From contig DAIJ01000016.1 of assembly GCA_002498725.1 (NCBI GenBank), positions 6,349 through 70,348 of the forward strand: DNA of 64,000 nucleotides, written 5' to 3'. This stretch comes from Euryarchaeota archaeon UBA23 (GTDB lineage Archaea > Thermoplasmatota > Poseidoniia > Poseidoniales > Thalassarchaeaceae). Of the stretch, positions 49,401 through 57,726 are shown piece by piece. A program made the translations under genes and the position numbers. The stretch's first letter is position 1. Each line of letters opens with the position of its first letter. Under the pieces are notes generated by a model that worked only from the letters and a program-made list of their open reading frames with translations, searched no databases and had not been told where the DNA came from.

Positions 49401-49492
49401 GTTACATGAATAAGTGTGAAAATAAATGGAATACTAATCCAAAGGACCCTACAAGTTTCCCAAGTCAGGGTGAATTGTGCAATGATGATTGA
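46460..49492 (+). CDS. Secreted or membrane-anchored Ca-binding repeat protein (thrombospondin type-3-like DxDxDGxxDxxE repeats) with an embedded lipoyl/biotinyl-like beta-sandwich segment
   Basis: N-terminal hydrophobic helix. More than 20 copies of D.D.DG..D..E (DTDGDGMPDGWE, DSDGDGLNDRWE and others). A hybrid-barrel-like segment lies around aa 437-505. The ATG at 46460 is preferred over the GTG at 46451. Confidence 0.75.
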   Translation: MALSHNQYAVAAIAATLCLAGFYTIIDAGLSTTESGGFDSAGGDVIITDSEDQYAGEDYDGDGLPNRMEQTLYGTDWRKNDTDNDGLEDGWEIQNGLDPLDSGEPDIGEVQNENPGQEEETGEQNETFPDPDNGPFGDPDRDGLTNQEEALIGTNPTVQDSDGDGLNDRWESLYTETIQTAQGPVVLLDPLNPNWDCPLLTAQVEAEMKQIIGMNTWNNLPVGPSGHHSCDSVLDIDRQGPDSLPNFLEELYDTNPLDEDSDGDLIPDRVEVAFGSLELQVHCGVPQFGTIRMDAPYTTLMSGSGDLTWFNQDMDGDGRLNGPGDWDTDGDGMPDGFEYCYNSLLDPANSTDAYGDGDEDGLNNVEEYEVAYTWGPVNFTSPLNPDTDGDGMPDGWEYNSGIHPNDGSNAEEDPDFDGYDADGDGAVRYTDLVGVTTVHSISVEIGDFVQVNRTVLWVRTVQESQYVNLPVKAPTAGWIYSINVEIGQEVQSRLQDLIIIVEDHERFTNLDEYNARDRDGDGIVDGRSTDPLEPDTDNDGLIDGIEVIGWTIRIVDMGVRDVLVRSDPGVYDTDRDGLSDSVEYYETFTNTTDRDTDSDGLEDFTESYDGFTWNGTVYFTNASMFDTDNDGLNDGEEVTDGEDQYITHANNADTDDDGLNDGGEVLNIPRPWQTATNPLDNDTDDDGQPDGWEMQVFSVQQNTNSHSLWITTQNWLPLGCDDMQECGLGPGGWVWNSYLNGFQTSGDRNGDGTLDPKYFIYEMNLTGFSIPGNGRWALDPSFGSQPDSNFDIDNDTLINALEAPDRWDTNPVDDDTDGDLLADGWEVAASERAISAGLVDNNSLNALGARGPMDPRMPDSDLDGIDDGSEDFDQDGLNRTHLLNRYCPGWDDPQVAECHIDPTTERGSMFYNDLENYTNYEEFQNRTDPVLEDTDGDGWNDGSEVYHQDHDDDGMWSGWEFYFDFDPFDPADAFVDSDGDGYMNKCENKWNTNPKDPTSFPSQGELCNDD

Positions 49493-49539
49493 CACTTTTT
49501 CCTCACACATACTGATTTGTATTATTACTTGGTGATGAA

Positions 49540-50013
49540 ATGTCATGGTGGATAATGCCAACTACAGCAGATATTGGCTTCCGAGCATTTTCAGATAGTC
49601 CTGAAGGCGTTCTTAGAGAATCATCTATTGCTCTTCAAGAAATTCAATTATCTGAGAAAGGCCTTGAATTCCTAGATGGTCACATTAGGAATGTATCTGA
49701 ATGGAGTATTAGTATGCCTGAAAATGACATAGAAAGAGGGCTTGTGCGTTGGTTAGAAGAAATCATCTACCAAGGTTCTGTTGAGGGTCGATGGTTAGTT
49801 GAAATGGAGTCAATAATAGGTGAAAATACAATCCGCTCACAGGTTATATGGGTTGATTCACAAGATGTAGAATTAGAAATAGAAGTCAAAGCAGTAACTA
49901 TGCATGATCTAATGGTTCGAGAAGTTAAGCCTGATGAATCAGTACTAGGAGATGAAGGCATTCCAACATTTGAAGGGCCAGGGTGGATGGCACAAGTTGT
50001 ACTTGATGTTTAG
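49540..50013 (+). CDS. Archease (RtcB activator)
   Basis: MPTTADIGFRAF (the archease N-terminal TADxG motif) and the C-terminal KAVTMHDLMV. Confidence 0.8.
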   Translation: MSWWIMPTTADIGFRAFSDSPEGVLRESSIALQEIQLSEKGLEFLDGHIRNVSEWSISMPENDIERGLVRWLEEIIYQGSVEGRWLVEMESIIGENTIRSQVIWVDSQDVELEIEVKAVTMHDLMVREVKPDESVLGDEGIPTFEGPGWMAQVVLDV

Positions 50014-50016
50014 AAA

Positions 50017-50751
50017 TTAAATACTCCCAGTACCCTTAGCAATGTAGAAAAAACCACTAACTACAATCCCTACCATTACTCCTCTGTTTATGAATTCTGA
50101 TTTTAGTTTCTTTAGCCATTTTTTCCCTACTTTAACCCCAATTATAGCCGACAAAACTAGAATTATTGTGATTTGTGTATGTTCAATAATTTCATCATTT
50201 CGAAATATCAAATAAACTGGTATGCGAGATAAATCAACACATAGAGCTAGAATACTTGCTGTTGCAGCATATGCCATTTTATCTTGAAGTCTACGTGTAA
50301 GAAACATAGCCCTTAGCGCACCTTGGTGTCCAGATAGACCCCCCATGAATCCTGATCCAAACCCACCTACTCTATCATTGGCTTCTGGTATACTATATCC
50401 GGTCCATTTTTCAGAAAGTGTTAGTATTGGTAGAATCACAAGAAATATTCCAATTAATATTAGAAGCGGTTCTTGAGTAACCTGATTTTGTAGAACGGCT
50501 CCTAGTATAGATCCAATAACCAGATAAATCCCATAATGTCTGAAAGCATTTAAATCGATACAATCCCACATTGAATAACACTTAACAGCATTATGAGCGC
50601 CATGTACTATGGCAATTACAGCTACAGCCTCATGTGGTGGCATCAATAGTAATACCAAGGGGGTCAACATCGTGGAAAGTCCAAACCCTGCTGGAACAGT
50701 TAGAGCCGCGGCGAAGAATGCACATATGGCAACAATTGCCAGAGTTTCCAT
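50017..50751 (-). CDS. TauE/SafE-family (DUF81) membrane exporter
   Basis: 244 aa with multiple TM helices. Duplicated Gly-rich 4-TM halves are typical of TauE. Confidence 0.6.
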   Translation of the reverse strand: METLAIVAICAFFAAALTVPAGFGLSTMLTPLVLLLMPPHEAVAVIAIVHGAHNAVKCYSMWDCIDLNAFRHYGIYLVIGSILGAVLQNQVTQEPLLILIGIFLVILPILTLSEKWTGYSIPEANDRVGGFGSGFMGGLSGHQGALRAMFLTRRLQDKMAYAATASILALCVDLSRIPVYLIFRNDEIIEHTQITIILVLSAIIGVKVGKKWLKKLKSEFINRGVMVGIVVSGFFYIAKGTGSI

Positions 50752-50783
50752 GACCTAAAGCGAAGGAGGTTGGCCATTGAAAT

Positions 50784-51836
50784 TTACTCTTCAACATTGA
50801 ATCTCTGATAGACTTCATTAGTAGTCTGTGTTACTCTGATAAAAGTAGTACATTTTGGTAAATCTTTAATCCTTCTAGCACCAACATATGAGCAAGCGGA
50901 GCGTACTCCTCCTAGGATGGATTGTACAGTGATTTCTAAAGGGCCTCTATATGGTACTCGTACTTCCTTCCCTTCTGGTGCTCGATGTTTTGCGACCTCT
51001 CCGTAGTGTGTCTCCATAGCCTTAGAACTAGACATACCGTAGAATGATTTGTACATCTTCCCATTTTCCATTTTCACCACTTCGCCCCCAGATTCATCAT
51101 GACCCGCAAACATCCCTCCTAACATTACAAAATCAGCACCTGCAGCAAATGCCTTAGCAACATCACCAGGGCTAGAACATCCTCCATCTGCCATTACATG
51201 ACCTCCAAGTCCATGTGCGGCATCAGCACATTCAGCTATTGCTGATAGTTGCGGATATCCAACTCCAGCAACTTTACGAGTAGTACAAACTGAGCCGGGT
51301 CCAATACCTACTTTGACAACATCAGCCCCAGCTAGTATTAGCGCTTCAGTCATTTCTCTTGTTGCTACATTGCCTGCAATTACTATAGCTTCTGTAAATT
51401 TATTCCTAACTCTTTTTACAAATTCAAGGAATACTTCACGGTAACCATTGGCCACATCTATACAGATCATTTTCAGTCCGGAATTTGTACCCATTTTACG
51501 CTTTAACAATTCAAATGAATCATCAGTAGATCCACATGTAACAGCTATGAATTCAGGATTCACTCCTTCATCCCAAGCCATTGAATACTCTTTTGTGGAA
51601 TAGAATTTCTGTGTACAAGTAATCATAGAATGTTTTTGTAATTCGGTCGCTATACTGAATAAACCAGTTGTGTCCATGTTAGCAGCAACAATTGGTACTC
51701 CGGACCACGTAGTTTTGGAGTGTCTAAATGTGAAATCTCTTACTAGAGTCACATCCGACCTAGAAACCAGCGTACTGCGCTTAGGTCTAATCAATACATC
51801 ATCAAAAGTAAGCTTCACATCTTGCTCTACGCGCAT
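50784..51836 (-). CDS. guaC: GMP reductase (bacterial GuaC type, IMPDH/GMPR family without a CBS insert)
   Basis: [23 protein letters not shown]..., [11 protein letters not shown] and [10 protein letters not shown] align along the whole length with E. coli GuaC as I recall it. Confidence 0.9.
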   Translation of the reverse strand: MRVEQDVKLTFDDVLIRPKRSTLVSRSDVTLVRDFTFRHSKTTWSGVPIVAANMDTTGLFSIATELQKHSMITCTQKFYSTKEYSMAWDEGVNPEFIAVTCGSTDDSFELLKRKMGTNSGLKMICIDVANGYREVFLEFVKRVRNKFTEAIVIAGNVATREMTEALILAGADVVKVGIGPGSVCTTRKVAGVGYPQLSAIAECADAAHGLGGHVMADGGCSSPGDVAKAFAAGADFVMLGGMFAGHDESGGEVVKMENGKMYKSFYGMSSSKAMETHYGEVAKHRAPEGKEVRVPYRGPLEITVQSILGGVRSACSYVGARRIKDLPKCTTFIRVTQTTNEVYQRFNVEE

Positions 51837-51886
51837 CTGAACCTTACTACTCCAACGAAGGTGTGTTTAAGACGCTTATTACAGAA

Positions 51887-54121
51887 TCAAGAGTCCTCTG
51901 AATTCATAATTATTGGCCCAGGATTATTCCAATGATACCATAATTCTCGACCATGATCCGCTGTAACTCCTTGGAGGAATAGTTTCTCACCAATACTGAT
52001 ATAGTGCAAAGGCCAACTACTATTATTACCCGGATTTATATCAATAGCAATTCTTGTCCCTTCATTTGTACCATCGCTTCTCCATACTTCGACACCATAA
52101 GTTCCACCGTCATCGGCAGAGAAGAAAAGTTCACCTTGGTGTACAATAACTATATCTCCTGACCAGAAACCTGTGTCCCAATAGAAACTACTATTGTTTC
52201 CCGGATTTATGTCCTTAACCATGTAGGTTCCCGAATAAGTCCCATCACTTCTCCATAACTCCCGACCATTTTGCCCATCATCTGCCATAAAGTAGAGAAT
52301 GTCATCCATCATTGTAAGCTCATTTGGTGAACTAGATCCATTAGTGAAGATATCTTTAATCATATATGTGCCTGATTCAGTACTATCTGTTATCCACAAT
52401 TCACGGCCATTTTGCCCATCATCTGCTGTAAAGATAAGTTTCTGTCCAAATTTAATCAAATTCTTCGGTTCACTTGAATTGCCTTCTCCTGGCCATATGT
52501 CTTTTACTAATCGAGTTGAAAACGCATCACCTTGACTAAAAAATAATTCTTGACCAGTAGAGCCGTTATCGGCTGATAAATAAGCGCCATTACTACCTGA
52601 TGTAAGGTACATTGGATTACTTCCCTCAACTCCCTCATTGATATCTTTGATTAAGAATAATCCTCCAGATAATGCGGATAATCCATATCGATATAATTCA
52701 CGTCCATAATTATCAGTTTCAGCAGTAAACCATAGAGTGTTGCCTTTCATAATCAAATCTCTGGGTGCAGATCCTTGAAAATCCCCGCAGCAGTATTCCG
52801 TTCCTTCGTATACCCAAGTTTCATCTTCAGGAACTAGATTGACAATCATGATAGTTCCCTGTCGAGTACCATCACTTATCCATAACTCCTCACCCCATGG
52901 AGGATGACTTCTATCTTCTTGACCACCAAATACTTCCATATTTGAGTAAATAACTCTATCTGGGATAAATCCATTAGATGGAATGACAATTAGTTGACTC
53001 GCTCCCGCCCAGCCTTCTCTCCAACCATTTTCTCCACCATAACTTGCCCCCCAATTATCCCATTGATCAATCTGATATGTACCTGCGGCAGTACCATCGC
53101 TGACAATTAGACATGCGCATGATTCTGTACCGGGTTCTCCATCAAAACCTGTGAGGAATAGTTTCTCATTCCCGGCTACTATTTCAGGATAATGACATCC
53201 AAAAATACCTCCCCAGCACTTGACCTCAAGACTGCCTCCGTTTTCACAAGTTACGGTACTTTCTCCTGTTTCAGGATCCGTACCTGAAGTACACTCTTCT
53301 TCTCGTAAATCTTTGACCATATATGTTCCATCAATGGTCCCATCGCTTCTCCATAATTCCCATCCATGAATTCCATCATCTCCTGCGAAATATAGAATTC
53401 CTCCCATTTCAGCAAAGAGAGATGGCCCCCATCCTCCTGAGTTGTTCTGGAATTCCAGAACCATGCCATTATCGCCGGGGCATTCACCTATCCTAGATTC
53501 AACCTCGTCACTTTGCAGAATTCCATCATTAGGCAACCCATTTCCACTACCGTCATCATAACCAATGACCATCTCTAATCCTGGATTATCTTGTGGGCAT
53601 GAATTAATTCGGTCTCTAATAGAATATGTTAGACTGTTTAATGTGCTTTGTAAAGCGTTATTTGTTGCTTGTAAATTGGAAATTTGTTGGTTTTTTTGTT
53701 GCATATCTTGGTTAATATCAGATATCTGTGCATCCGCATCAGAGATCTGCTGATTCAATTCAGATATTTGATTTTGATAACTATTGATTAATTCATCATC
53801 TTGGGTATTGTTTAGTTGTTCCATCACGTTTGTTAGGACATTACTCAAATTTGCTCTATGCCATTCAGTATTGTTCAGTTCTAATAAAAGAGAAATTATT
53901 TCATTCTCAGCAATTTCTAACGCATTCTGGGTCTGAGTAAGTGTGCTTTCTAAACTTGCAGCGTTTGCAACAGCGTCATCTTTTTCGGAAGTGAGATTTG
54001 TCAATTCAGATTGTAAAGAAGCAATCTGTTCATCTTTTGCATCATCAGAACTACTCCCACTACATCCTGCTAATATTGAAGCCAACATTAAGATGACTAG
54101 CAAGGCGGCTTTTCCTCTCAT
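51887..54121 (-). CDS. Lipoprotein with an N-terminal Q/N-rich coiled coil and C-terminal ELWxxDGT repeats
   Basis: Lipobox LASILAGCSGS. About 150 aa of heptad-like Q/N/L-rich sequence. At least 7 copies of RELWxSDGTxxGTYMVKDI. Confidence 0.8.
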   Translation of the reverse strand: MRGKAALLVILMLASILAGCSGSSSDDAKDEQIASLQSELTNLTSEKDDAVANAASLESTLTQTQNALEIAENEIISLLLELNNTEWHRANLSNVLTNVMEQLNNTQDDELINSYQNQISELNQQISDADAQISDINQDMQQKNQQISNLQATNNALQSTLNSLTYSIRDRINSCPQDNPGLEMVIGYDDGSGNGLPNDGILQSDEVESRIGECPGDNGMVLEFQNNSGGWGPSLFAEMGGILYFAGDDGIHGWELWRSDGTIDGTYMVKDLREEECTSGTDPETGESTVTCENGGSLEVKCWGGIFGCHYPEIVAGNEKLFLTGFDGEPGTESCACLIVSDGTAAGTYQIDQWDNWGASYGGENGWREGWAGASQLIVIPSNGFIPDRVIYSNMEVFGGQEDRSHPPWGEELWISDGTRQGTIMIVNLVPEDETWVYEGTEYCCGDFQGSAPRDLIMKGNTLWFTAETDNYGRELYRYGLSALSGGLFLIKDINEGVEGSNPMYLTSGSNGAYLSADNGSTGQELFFSQGDAFSTRLVKDIWPGEGNSSEPKNLIKFGQKLIFTADDGQNGRELWITDSTESGTYMIKDIFTNGSSSPNELTMMDDILYFMADDGQNGRELWRSDGTYSGTYMVKDINPGNNSSFYWDTGFWSGDIVIVHQGELFFSADDGGTYGVEVWRSDGTNEGTRIAIDINPGNNSSWPLHYISIGEKLFLQGVTADHGRELWYHWNNPGPIIMNSEDS

Positions 54122-54192
54122 GTTGGTTCTTCACATATTCGGCTATTAAGCAGTTCTCTACTAATAACTGAATATGGATCCATAGAAGATAA

Positions 54193-54270
54193 TGGTGCTC
54201 GTGCCGGGATTTGAACCCGGGTCGACGGATCGAGAACCCGTCATGATGGACCGAACTACACTACACGAGC
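54193..54270 (-). tRNA. tRNA-Glu (anticodon CUC) with encoded CCA
   Basis: The reverse complement reads GCTCGTG-TA-GTGTAGTTCGGTCCATCATG-ACGGG-TTCTCGA-TCCGT-CGAC-CCGGGTTCAAATCCCGG-CACGAGC-A-CCA. This closely matches archaeal tRNA-Glu architecture. Confidence 0.8.
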
Positions 54271-54667
54271 GTGTTGGCCTAGCGACTGAGCAACTCTATT
54301 TGAAAGGATGGATATCTGCATATTCTTTACTTTCACTTTCACTTTGGGGTCTGTTACTGTTCTTGATATGCTAATTGACATACAGCAGTTCATGAACCAA
54401 AGCCCAAACAGTGAACAACGCCTATTTTACAGAAAGAGAGCGGACCCCTTCAGAATTGTTAGTCTGAATGCCCTAAAAAAGACAACATCAGGGAATAAAT
54501 TGGAAAATAATAGCCCTCTTGTAAATTCAAAGAGAAAGTTAGCAGATGATGGAATGTGGCAACCATTAGCTAGGCCAAACATTTCTGTTAAAATCAGTAA
54601 TAATTCATGGTCGGGACTACATTCTAGATTTATATCATCAAGAGAAATGCATTTGGGGGTGGCATGA

Positions 54668-54922
54668 ATGTCCAGAACAAGAAGACTTCGTGAAGCCGTT
54701 GTTACAATGCTTGAAGAGAAGGGCACAGCAAACACAGTTGAAGTGTTTGATTTCCTCAATAATAGATTTCGTTGGGGTGCTACTATGAATCAAGTAGGGA
54801 ATATATTAGCCAAGGATATCAGATTCTCTAAGGTTGGTCATCAGCGTGGTGAATTCCGAGGTAGTGTGTACACTGTTTGTGTATGGGGGCTATCTGAGGA
54901 AAGAATAGCCGTAGTAGTATAA
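54668..54922 (+). CDS. Small hypothetical protein (84 aa, possibly a winged-helix fold), translationally coupled to the UbiA gene
   Basis: ATG start, balanced composition, and it ends 2 bp before the next gene. No motif recognised. Confidence 0.35.
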   Translation: MSRTRRLREAVVTMLEEKGTANTVEVFDFLNNRFRWGATMNQVGNILAKDIRFSKVGHQRGEFRGSVYTVCVWGLSEERIAVVV

Positions 54923-54924
54923 TC

Positions 54925-55857
54925 GTGGTAACCATCAAGACCATACCTTCTACACATCGTAACATGGGACGCATCGCAGATTGGTTGCAATTCTTCCGTT
55001 GGGGCAATTGTCTGAATGGATTGATTGGTGTTTTCCTTGGTGCAATAATGGTTATTGAAGGAATTCCTTCAGGAAAAGAATTGCAAATAACAACTCTTCT
55101 AGCAATTTCAGTATCTTCGTTTATGGGTTCGTGGAATGGTCTCAATGATTATGTTGATATTGAAATAGATAAGATAAATCGCCCTAATCGACCTCTTCCT
55201 TCTGGTAGGATATCAATTTCTTCTGCAAGAAGTCTGATTACAATATTGATGTTTACATCATTTGCTAGTTTACTATCAGCTGCCAATATAGCACAAACAA
55301 TGACTTCAGATTTCACTACTTGGTATCCTACAATAGCGATTTGGTTTTTTGCTATTTTCTTATTAGTTAATTACGAATCAACATCTTCTTTTTCTATGAC
55401 TTTGAAGGACAGGGGTTTACCAGGAAATATTGCAATTTCTCTTTCTGTTGGATTAGTAATTCTCTATGGTGCAGCAGGTGTTTTCGATGTGACAAATCCA
55501 AAGGTTATTTCCTTATTCTTTGTGGGTTTCCTATTTAATACAGCACGTGAAATTATCAAAGATGTGGAAGATATGTTGGGAGATGAAGGAAGATATACTT
55601 TGGCTATGAGGGTCGGCCCAGATAAGGCGAGATTGACTGCTTGGGTTTTACTTTTGTTAACTATGATCTCTCTAATTTTACCATTTTCTTTGGGTATTTT
55701 TGAAACTAAGCAAATTATTTTAATTGGGCCTGCATTATTTGTTTTAATGGGTGTGAAAAAGCATATTGCTCTTGCTGAAGATACCGCTGCATCACGTCAA
55801 ATAAAAATTTCAATGACACTTGCAATTCTAGGTTTAATTGTAACTGCTTTCATATAA
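54925..55857 (+). CDS. UbiA-family prenyltransferase, probably (S)-2,3-di-O-geranylgeranylglyceryl phosphate synthase
   Basis: NGLNDYVDIEIDKINRPNRPLPSG (the UbiA Asp-rich motif) and about 8 TM helices. GTG start at 54925. An alternative ATG lies downstream. Confidence 0.75.
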   Translation: MVTIKTIPSTHRNMGRIADWLQFFRWGNCLNGLIGVFLGAIMVIEGIPSGKELQITTLLAISVSSFMGSWNGLNDYVDIEIDKINRPNRPLPSGRISISSARSLITILMFTSFASLLSAANIAQTMTSDFTTWYPTIAIWFFAIFLLVNYESTSSFSMTLKDRGLPGNIAISLSVGLVILYGAAGVFDVTNPKVISLFFVGFLFNTAREIIKDVEDMLGDEGRYTLAMRVGPDKARLTAWVLLLLTMISLILPFSLGIFETKQIILIGPALFVLMGVKKHIALAEDTAASRQIKISMTLAILGLIVTAFI

Positions 55858-55868
55858 TTAATTCTTAG

Positions 55869-56822
55869 TTACTTGAGTTCATGGAAACTAAGCCAAGCAT
55901 CATGATTGCACATGTATGTAAGTAGTGACATCTGTGCCCACATTCTATTTTCTGCTTGATCAAGAACTATACTGTTTGGAGAATCAATTACTCCATCAGT
56001 AACTTCTTCACCTCTATGAGCAGGTAGACAGTGCATGAAGATATAATCTGGCTGCGCGTGTGCAACTAATTCCTCATTTACTTGAAAGCCTTCAAATGCA
56101 GAAAATTTGTCTTCGATATGTTCTTCTCCCATTGAGACAAATATATCCGTATATATCACTCCAGCATTTCTAACTGCTTCTACTGGATCATTTGTTCCAG
56201 TTATTTTACATCCATTACGTTGAGCTATTTCTTTTGCTCGATCAATTACTTCTTCATCTGGTTCCATTCCAGCAGGAGTTGCATATTTCACATCGTGACC
56301 CATTGTTACAGCAGCAAGTAATAAGTCATGTAATACATTGTTTCCATCTCCTACCCATGCGATATGGCCATGCATATTACCTCTTTCAGTAATTGCCATT
56401 AAATCAGCAGCGGCTTGACAGGGATGATGTAAATCAGAAAGTGCATTAATGACAGGTACTGTTGCAGTACGTGCCAATTCAACTACGTCAGAGTGACCAA
56501 AGCAGCGATACGTAATTCCATCTAGAAATCTTGAAAGAACTGCCGCGGTATCTCCAATCGATTCCGACTTTCCTAATTGTATATCGTTCTTTAACAATGT
56601 CAATGGTTGCCCTCCTAGTTTCTTAACTCCAACCTCAAAAGAAACCCTAGTCCTAGTAGACGGTTTTTCATATATTGATCCAATAGCCATACCATCTAAT
56701 GGCAGGAATTCTCCATGTAATTCGGTATCATTTTTGAATCGTATTGCCCAATCTATGATTTTAGGTAAATCTTCTGCAAAATCATCAATTGCAAGTAGAT
56801 CTTTCTTCTTAGTTTCTTTCAT
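55869..56822 (-). CDS. argF: Ornithine carbamoyltransferase
   Basis: STRTRVSFE, HPCQ, FVSMGEE and HCLPAHRGEEV. The ORF-track TTG start at 56885 was trimmed to the ATG at 56822. Confidence 0.8.
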   Translation of the reverse strand: MKETKKKDLLAIDDFAEDLPKIIDWAIRFKNDTELHGEFLPLDGMAIGSIYEKPSTRTRVSFEVGVKKLGGQPLTLLKNDIQLGKSESIGDTAAVLSRFLDGITYRCFGHSDVVELARTATVPVINALSDLHHPCQAAADLMAITERGNMHGHIAWVGDGNNVLHDLLLAAVTMGHDVKYATPAGMEPDEEVIDRAKEIAQRNGCKITGTNDPVEAVRNAGVIYTDIFVSMGEEHIEDKFSAFEGFQVNEELVAHAQPDYIFMHCLPAHRGEEVTDGVIDSPNSIVLDQAENRMWAQMSLLTYMCNHDAWLSFHELK

Positions 56823-57669
56823 ATTCAATGTCTCCTGAGAAACCATCTCTGGTGTCTGCCATTCCACCAAAGATAGTTTGAGCAAATGTCAATAAATCTG
56901 CAAGCCCCTCTTCTTCTTCACTTGATAGAGGGATTAATCCAGGTTGAATTGCAGCATGCTGCATCATTCTTAACTGGCCAATTGCAAATTCAGCTCTAGA
57001 AGTCCCTTTTGATATATCCATAGTTTCTGCTGCCGATTCCTCATAAAGTGCCGCTTCCAAAATATCGAGATTTTCACCCCAATCTAAAATCTTTTGAAGT
57101 ATTTCTGGTTCCAACAAATCTGCTTTTGATAGGAAATTAGCGGTGGGTAAACCGAGTCTGAAATGAACTATTGAAGAAAGTAGCATTTGTGATACAAATC
57201 CACTTGGTGTTTGAGAAAGCATAGGGTCGAATAAGAAGGCTAGACACGCTCTTCCTTGACCTAACACCTCAACAAGGTGGCTACTTGCTTCTCTAAAAGC
57301 AAATAGTTCTACTTGTCCGGGTGTATCAATTACAAGTAAATCTCCAGATAATCCTTCTATCTCATCGTAAACATCCAATGCTTGAGATGCAACTAAGTCT
57401 GCCGCCAATATTTGTGCGCCGTTAGGTCCTAGGTCATATTCATCCATAACATCAGAAAGGGACACTAGATCTCTAACATCAAATTCCGGATCATAATGTA
57501 CCCTTTCAGCACCTGGGTCAAGATTTATTGTTAGTACATCTATCTGAAGAAATCTTGCCCATCGTTGAAAAGCAGTGACCAAGGAACTCTTTCCTGCACC
57601 AGCAGTACCTACCACAAATACAACTGGGGGGGTTGTACCATCTTGATTACTCACACTACTGCCTAACAT
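56809..57669 (-). CDS. GPN-loop GTPase (XAB1/Npa3-like)
   Basis: P-loop VGTAGAGKSS and the diagnostic DLGPNGA motif. Confidence 0.85.
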   Translation of the reverse strand: MLGSSVSNQDGTTPPVVFVVGTAGAGKSSLVTAFQRWARFLQIDVLTINLDPGAERVHYDPEFDVRDLVSLSDVMDEYDLGPNGAQILAADLVASQALDVYDEIEGLSGDLLVIDTPGQVELFAFREASSHLVEVLGQGRACLAFLFDPMLSQTPSGFVSQMLLSSIVHFRLGLPTANFLSKADLLEPEILQKILDWGENLDILEAALYEESAAETMDISKGTSRAEFAIGQLRMMQHAAIQPGLIPLSSEEEEGLADLLTFAQTIFGGMADTRDGFSGDIEYERN

Positions 57670-57726
57670 CGAGACTTATTCAACAATTCGTTTGCTCATC
57701 CAGTAAAATAGGATTGTAGCCGAGCA

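Noticed and set aside
54308-54759. ORFs 54308..54667 (plus) and 54427..54759 (minus)
   Set aside because: Low-complexity, mutually overlapping, and lacking RBS or promoter context. I treat the region as non-coding.
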